From IMG/VR virus record IMGVR_UViG_3300032225_000466, positions 1-29,255 of that record: a stretch of 29,255 nt of DNA, one strand, 5' to 3'. Under the pieces are notes generated by a model. That model searched no databases. It was not told where the DNA came from and saw only the letters and a list, made by a program, of their open reading frames with translations. This stretch comes from a virus. Taxonomy: Duplodnaviria; Caudoviricetes. The position numbers and the translations under genes were made by a program. Positions 24,583 to 29,255 of the stretch are shown one piece after another (position 1 is the first letter of the stretch; every line of letters starts with the position of its first letter).

Positions 24583-24585
24583 GGC

Positions 24586-25194
24586 TCAACCTCCGTTGAC
24601 GCCGGCCCACGCCACGGCCTTGGCAAACGCTGCGTAACGGGCACGCACGTCAGCAGTGACCGGAACCACGTCAGTGCCTACAGCCTGCCCGTACGCGGCC
24701 TCCACGGCCTTCCTTAGCGGTTCGTTGCCACCTGGCACGTGCTGGCCGATACGCCGCCAAGCAATGTCAATGGCCAGAACCGTGAACTGCCGCAGGCTGC
24801 GGGTGTCGGTAAACGCCACTTCGGTGGTCACGGCATCGCCGGCTACGACCACGGCGGCCTTGCTCCACACTGCGGCCCACAGCATCCGATCACCAGCCGG
24901 CAGTGATTTGATGGCATCCGCCACAGGCTGCACCAGCTGCTGCATCTCCACGGTTGGCGTCTCCACGCTCACGCGGACAGCAGGCAATGCCGGGAGCGTC
25001 GGCAGCGGCACCGTGCCATACGCTGCGGCCAACAGCAGACCAATAGCCGCCAACCTGCTCAGCAGGCCGGCTTTTTCTTTTGCGGCTTCCAGACCACGCG
25101 CCGCTGCTCGGCTGATTTCTGGCCAGTACGGAGCCATTGCGAGAACCACTGCCACAGCGACGGCAGCGGCGCGAAATGCGATCTCAGCATTCAC
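24586..25194 (-). CDS. membrane protein with two hydrophobic segments and a helical C-terminal domain
   Basis: AAAVAVAVVLAMAPYW and LAAIGLLLAAAYG; GTGA overlap. Confidence 0.75.
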   Translation of the reverse strand: MNAEIAFRAAAVAVAVVLAMAPYWPEISRAAARGLEAAKEKAGLLSRLAAIGLLLAAAYGTVPLPTLPALPAVRVSVETPTVEMQQLVQPVADAIKSLPAGDRMLWAAVWSKAAVVVAGDAVTTEVAFTDTRSLRQFTVLAIDIAWRRIGQHVPGGNEPLRKAVEAAYGQAVGTDVVPVTADVRARYAAFAKAVAWAGVNGG

Positions 25195-25493
25195 CTCGCG
25201 GCCTCCACCTGCAGCAAACACCAACGCACCAGCGCCTCTCCTTGTGGCGACTTCAGCACGTCGGCCAACAGCTTGACCACTTGGTCGTCAGCCTTGGAAT
25301 CGGTGCGGCTGGCCAGCCATTCGGCGGCCTCGGCAACGATTAGTCCCTTTTTGAATGGGTCTGCTTCATTGACGAACCGCTGACCGTAGCCAATCAGCGG
25401 CGCCCATGCCTGAAGCAAAGCAATTTGCTGCCAGATGGAAAGGTTGGCACCGTACTTGACGACTTCATCCGGCGTGGCTTCGTAGTTGGGCAT
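25191..25493 (-). CDS. hypothetical amphipathic protein, 100 aa
   Basis: GGAGGT SD; SRTDSKADDQVV pattern seen in holin-associated small proteins. Confidence 0.75.
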   Translation of the reverse strand: MPNYEATPDEVVKYGANLSIWQQIALLQAWAPLIGYGQRFVNEADPFKKGLIVAEAAEWLASRTDSKADDQVVKLLADVLKSPQGEALVRWCLLQVEAAR

Positions 25494-25496
25494 GGT

Positions 25497-25760
25497 TCAT
25501 ACCTCCGGGTCTTCTCCCATCATGCCGGGACGCTCCACGTCGCTTGCAGACCACAGCACCGTGTCCTGCAGGTGCTGGTACACCAGATCCCACGTATCCC
25601 CGGCCTCCTCTTGCACGTCGCGCCGCTCGAGCTTAAACGGCTGCTGCCAGCACTCTTCCGACAAAATCTTGCCGTTTTCGTTGAGGTAGTAGGCATAGGC
25701 GTACACTTGGCCGTACTCAATGACGATCCTGCGATACACGGAATCGTTTGGCTTATTCAT
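25497..25760 (-). CDS. acidic hypothetical protein, 87 aa
   Basis: ATG 25760 overlaps the upstream gene end; the longer track ORF extends into an overlapping gene. Confidence 0.65.
   Translation of the reverse strand: MNKPNDSVYRRIVIEYGQVYAYAYYLNENGKILSEECWQQPFKLERRDVQEEAGDTWDLVYQHLQDTVLWSASDVERPGMMGEDPEV
25519..25549 (-). promoter_or_regulatory. late-promoter motif CTGCAAG-N18-CATGAT
   Basis: About 25 nt upstream of the first gene of the peptidase/membrane block. Confidence 0.6.
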
Positions 25761-26142
25761 CGCAGAAGTTGTCCAGCAGCTTTTCAACTTCGTTTTCGCC
25801 GCCGCCCGTGAAACCTTCCAGCCGATACTGTGGCCGATCACGCTCGGGCCGCTGGTACACGCGGCCGGGATCTTCGTTGCGGCGCTGATCAAAGTGCTTC
25901 GCACGCAACGCGGCGCACGCCGCTGCAATTTCGTCTGGAGTCGGGTCGCGGTGCCGGGGCGGCTTGGCACGCTGGCTGCGATCCAATCGCAGTTCCAACT
26001 TCAGCACAGACCGCAAACGAATGAACTGATCTTTAGAAATTGACAGATACTGCGTCACTTCCGCGATCGATGACCCGGAAGCCCACACATGCCGCAGAGC
26101 AGATTGGAACTGCTTACACGCTGTCTGCACTGTGCGTGGCAT
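25753..26142 (-). CDS. hypothetical protein with an N-terminal HTH-like segment
   Basis: WASGSSIAEVTQYLSISKDQFIRLRSVLKL; DPTPDEIAAAC. Confidence 0.65.
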   Translation of the reverse strand: MPRTVQTACKQFQSALRHVWASGSSIAEVTQYLSISKDQFIRLRSVLKLELRLDRSQRAKPPRHRDPTPDEIAAACAALRAKHFDQRRNEDPGRVYQRPERDRPQYRLEGFTGGGENEVEKLLDNFCDE

Positions 26143-26992
26143 CGTTCAGATTCCAGTGCATTAGCATTCGCAACGACGGGCACAGGTAAAGTTTGAGTTT
26201 GCTACGGGCAGCAATGCTGCGGTGAAACGTAACGTGTTCGCAATCGCTGCCGTCGTACACGCCAGCCTCAAACAACATCGGGTCGTAGATCGTCATGCCA
26301 CCAAACGCAGAGCACACTGGCACCGGTGGCGATCCTACCGGCGGCAGAAAACCGTACTTCCAGCCGCCAACGCCGGCGGTGTAGTCATCCCAATAGCTAT
26401 TCAATCGCAATGCCCAGCAGTCGTAGTGCATCCACTGCCACTTGCCCTGCATGTCAGCTTCAAACAACGATACGGCCGCCATGCCATACGCGTCGGGCGT
26501 TTCGTAGAACTGCCCAATGGCGGCAAAAAAGTTTTCTGACGGGCAGCCGCCCCACGCGTCAAAATCCACAACCACAACAATGTCAGCACGTTGCTTGACT
26601 GCCCACTCTTGGCACGAAGTGCGGTATTCAGCCAACGCCTGCGTGCGCGGTCCGGCGAACTCGGCGCCGAATTGCTGACGGTTCAACGTGCGATCACGGA
26701 ACGACGCTTGCGGCCACTTGGCCGCAAACTGCTCAAGCACCGCAACGGTCGTATCAACGTTGTCGTTCGTCTCGACGTGGCATCGCCATTCGCCGCAGCA
26801 TTCGCCGTATTCTTCGACTTTTGCCAAGTTGCCTGCTAATGGCGCAGCACAATTGCGTGCCAGACCCGTAAACACCACGCGCGATTCCGCCAGATGCTTG
26901 CGGCCGACTTCCACCAAGCGTCGGTATTCAGACTCAAATTCCCTGACTGGCTTGATCAGCCACTGCGGAAGTGTCAGTGTGCCCATATCCAT
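26114..26992 (-). CDS. glycosyltransferase, CAP59/CMT1-like GT-A fold
   Basis: GLARNC, ENDS-like ETNDNVD, LAEYR, VVVDFD (DxD), YDCWALR, PVCSAFGGMTIY, DCEH. Confidence 0.8.
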   Translation of the reverse strand: MDMGTLTLPQWLIKPVREFESEYRRLVEVGRKHLAESRVVFTGLARNCAAPLAGNLAKVEEYGECCGEWRCHVETNDNVDTTVAVLEQFAAKWPQASFRDRTLNRQQFGAEFAGPRTQALAEYRTSCQEWAVKQRADIVVVVDFDAWGGCPSENFFAAIGQFYETPDAYGMAAVSLFEADMQGKWQWMHYDCWALRLNSYWDDYTAGVGGWKYGFLPPVGSPPVPVCSAFGGMTIYDPMLFEAGVYDGSDCEHVTFHRSIAARSKLKLYLCPSLRMLMHWNLNDATHSADSV

Positions 26993-27567
26993 TCATGCCC
27001 TGGTGCTGCATCTGGTGACGGATGCCGGATGATTTCGACGCGCTGAAAACCTATACGGGCCAGCTCGAGGCACGCCGCTTCGGTCATGTTGTGCGATTCA
27101 ATCAGCCAACGCACTCCAGCCCAATGCTGCAGCCGGGCGCCACGCAGTGCCTCGACTTCGCCGCCTTCAATGTCGAGTTTGACAAAATCAACGGTGGGAT
27201 ATTTTGCCAGCAGGTCATCCATGGTCACGAACTGCACGCGTGAAATACACACTACGTCAACGTTCCTGCCAGCATCGCCAATCGGGTGCGCATCGGCAAC
27301 GGAAGATTGCAGCGTTGACGTGCGTTGCCGCAGCGTTCCGGCGCCGGAATGCGAGTACACAGCACACGGCTCCACAATCACGTTTCCGCACAGGTCTGCT
27401 GCTTCGACGTGCTGCCGGTCATCCGGCTCAACGGCTACCACCGTTTCAAAATGTGGTGACAGCAATTGCGACCATTCGCCGGCATTGGCGCCGATGTCCA
27501 ATGCCGTGCGGCATTGGCCCGAAATGATTTGCGGCCACCATCCTGTCAGCCACGGTTCGGATTTCAT
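26974..27567 (-). CDS. FkbM-family SAM-dependent methyltransferase
   Basis: ALDIGANAGEWS, VAVEP, VDFVKLDIEGGEVEALRG, IESH. Confidence 0.88.
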   Translation of the reverse strand: MKSEPWLTGWWPQIISGQCRTALDIGANAGEWSQLLSPHFETVVAVEPDDRQHVEAADLCGNVIVEPCAVYSHSGAGTLRQRTSTLQSSVADAHPIGDAGRNVDVVCISRVQFVTMDDLLAKYPTVDFVKLDIEGGEVEALRGARLQHWAGVRWLIESHNMTEAACLELARIGFQRVEIIRHPSPDAAPGHEWIWAH

Positions 27568-27962
27568 TGGATACGCACCGTGGTGCGGGCCTCCGTGCCG
27601 TATGTTCGTTCCATTACGTGCCGTCCGATCTGATGATCGTCCACGTAGGCAATGCCGTTCAACGCGTCTTCAACGCCGCTCAGTAAGTTCTTGTTGTCGC
27701 CTCGAGGCAGCACAGGCACGCCAGGGCGTAGCGTGCCGTCCTTCCGAAAATGGCTTTTCGGGCGCTCAAACACCCAATCCACAATCATCGTCAGCGGCGA
27801 TTGTTCGGTAGGCATGTCGCACACACCTTGGCACGCCGCAGCAATTGCGTGGCGATATTCCTCAATGCCGTTGTCAGGGTAGTACCGGTGCCCGGCTTTC
27901 GTGATACGGGCACGGGGCTGTGGCACTGGTTTGCCGGGCACGGAAAATGTGATCGGGCGCAT
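27564..27962 (-). CDS. rusA: RusA-family Holliday junction resolvase
   Basis: VPGKPVPQPRAR...FERPKS...GDNKNLLSGVEDALNGIAYVDDHQI. Confidence 0.88.
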   Translation of the reverse strand: MRPITFSVPGKPVPQPRARITKAGHRYYPDNGIEEYRHAIAAACQGVCDMPTEQSPLTMIVDWVFERPKSHFRKDGTLRPGVPVLPRGDNKNLLSGVEDALNGIAYVDDHQIGRHVMERTYGTEARTTVRIQ

Positions 27963-27983
27963 GGCCGGATCATGCCAACGGCG

Positions 27984-28970
27984 TCAAGCGCAGCGGCGTT
28001 CTCGTTCGGCGGCTTCAACGTCAGCGGCCACCATCATCTGCACCAGCTGCGGAAACGTAACGCGTGGCGCCCAGCCCAACACAGTGCGGGCCTTTGTGCT
28101 GTCGCCAAGCAGCAGATCCACTTCGGCTGGGCGAAAATACCTAGCGTCAACGTCTACGTGGTCGCGCCACTCCAGGCCGACAGCGGCAAACGCCGCTTGG
28201 CAAAGCTCGGCCACGCTGTGCATTTCCCCGGTAGCCACCACGTAATCATCGGGCTGCGATTGCTGCAGCATCAGCCACATGGCTTCCACGTAGTCGCCAG
28301 CAAAACCCCAATCACGCCGCGCATCAAGGTTGCCCAACGTCAGGCGATCCTGCAGGCCCGTGGCAATCCTTGCTGCGGCTTTGGAAATCTTGCGGGTTAC
28401 GAACGTTTCGCCGCGCCGTGGGCTTTCGTGATTGAAAAGAATTCCGCACGACGCGTGCAGGCCGTATGACTCGCGGTAGTTCACCGTGATCCAGTGTGCA
28501 TAGCACTTGGCCACGGCATACGGTGACCTCGGGTGAAACGGCGTAGATTCACGCTGTGGCGTTTCGACCACCTTGCCAAACATCTCTGACGAGGACGCCT
28601 GGTAAAGCCTTATTTCGTGCCCGCACGTCTGCTGGACATCACGCACCGCCTCGAGCAGGTGCAGCACGCCAATGCCAACCGCCTCGGACGTGTAGCACGG
28701 CTGATCAAAGCTTACGCGCACGTGGCTTTGCGCTGCCAAGTTGTAGACCTCATCTGGCTTAACTGAACGCATCAGCCGAAACAGGGCTGACCCGTCCGTC
28801 ACATCGCCGTAGTGCAGGTGCAGCCGATCACGCAGGTGTTCAATCCGGCCTGTACCGAACGTGCTGGAACGTCGAATGACGCCATGCACTTCGTAGCCTT
28901 TGCCTAGCAGCAGTTCGGCAAGGTATGAGCCGTCTTGCCCTGTAATGCCGGTGATAAGTGCGCGCGTCAC
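27984..28970 (-). CDS. gmd: GDP-mannose 4,6-dehydratase
   Basis: [69 protein letters not shown]. Confidence 0.97.
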   Translation of the reverse strand: MTRALITGITGQDGSYLAELLLGKGYEVHGVIRRSSTFGTGRIEHLRDRLHLHYGDVTDGSALFRLMRSVKPDEVYNLAAQSHVRVSFDQPCYTSEAVGIGVLHLLEAVRDVQQTCGHEIRLYQASSSEMFGKVVETPQRESTPFHPRSPYAVAKCYAHWITVNYRESYGLHASCGILFNHESPRRGETFVTRKISKAAARIATGLQDRLTLGNLDARRDWGFAGDYVEAMWLMLQQSQPDDYVVATGEMHSVAELCQAAFAAVGLEWRDHVDVDARYFRPAEVDLLLGDSTKARTVLGWAPRVTFPQLVQMMVAADVEAAERERRCA

Positions 28971-29097
28971 GGGGTTGCCTCATCGTGCGTGTTAATCACG
29001 GCCATCGGCGTTTCGCGGCCGCCCGGCGTGAATTCTTGGCGCGTTATCCGACAATTTGAGCGCTAACGGTGACTGTTAAACAGTGGTTCTCCGACCG

Positions 29098-29255
29098 TCA
29101 CTGCCGCAGCATAGCCTGCGAATACTCCCAGTCGGTGTCGCTTTCGGTGTAGCCCTTCAGTTCGTTTTCCCACTCCCGATGCAGCACGGCCACCGAGACG
29201 CCACCTATCGGCAAGTATCCCTGTGCGATCAACAAGGAAACTTCCGTCTCTAGTG
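29098..29255 (-). CDS. partial CDS, DUF1737-like small protein, truncated by the window edge
   Basis: Hand translation LETEVSLLIAQGYLPIGGVSV...YSQAMLRQ* fits the G..P.GGVS...QAM pattern. Confidence 0.55.
   Translation of the reverse strand, partial: LETEVSLLIAQGYLPIGGVSVAVLHREWENELKGYTESDTDWEYSQAMLRQ

Noticed and set aside
29061-29099. Small hairpin with AAC...GTTAGCG resembling an integron attC site
   Set aside because: Too short, poor R'' match, single copy, and the integrase shows no evident IntI features.

Overview
The window is a contiguous segment of a temperate-looking HK97-type siphophage (or prophage) genome. Nearly all genes are on the minus strand. Reading in transcription order from right to left: a sugar-modification block (gmd, RusA, FkbM-type methyltransferase, CAP59-like glycosyltransferase); a membrane/lipoprotein/papain-peptidase block (candidate non-canonical lysis cassette); HNH, TerS, TerL, portal, prohead protease; a small Ogr/NrdR-like Zn-ribbon gene; major capsid and decoration proteins; a second glycosyltransferase inside the head operon; neck genes; two short paralogous tail-tube-like genes; a G/G-T chaperone with a -1 slippery site; tape measure; a small Cys-rich tail-tip block; and a peptidase/metallophosphoesterase/DUF1599 cluster. 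A divergent integrase/HTH switch and a C5 DNA methyltransferase follow at the left end. The gene repertoire resembles phages I associate with Planctomycetota, but the host is an inference. Main observations: (1) the methyltransferase appears dual-coded, with a nested +1-frame ORF carrying the motif IX missing from the main frame plus three repeated WPTP modules; (2) a phage-specific promoter motif CTGCAAG-N18-(T/C)ANNN(T/A) occurs five times ahead of late modules, with a candidate Zn-finger activator beside it; (3) a probable virion glycosylation pathway; (4) an AACTGACG operator sits in three sigma70-like early promoters. All product calls come from motif recognition by eye, not database searches.
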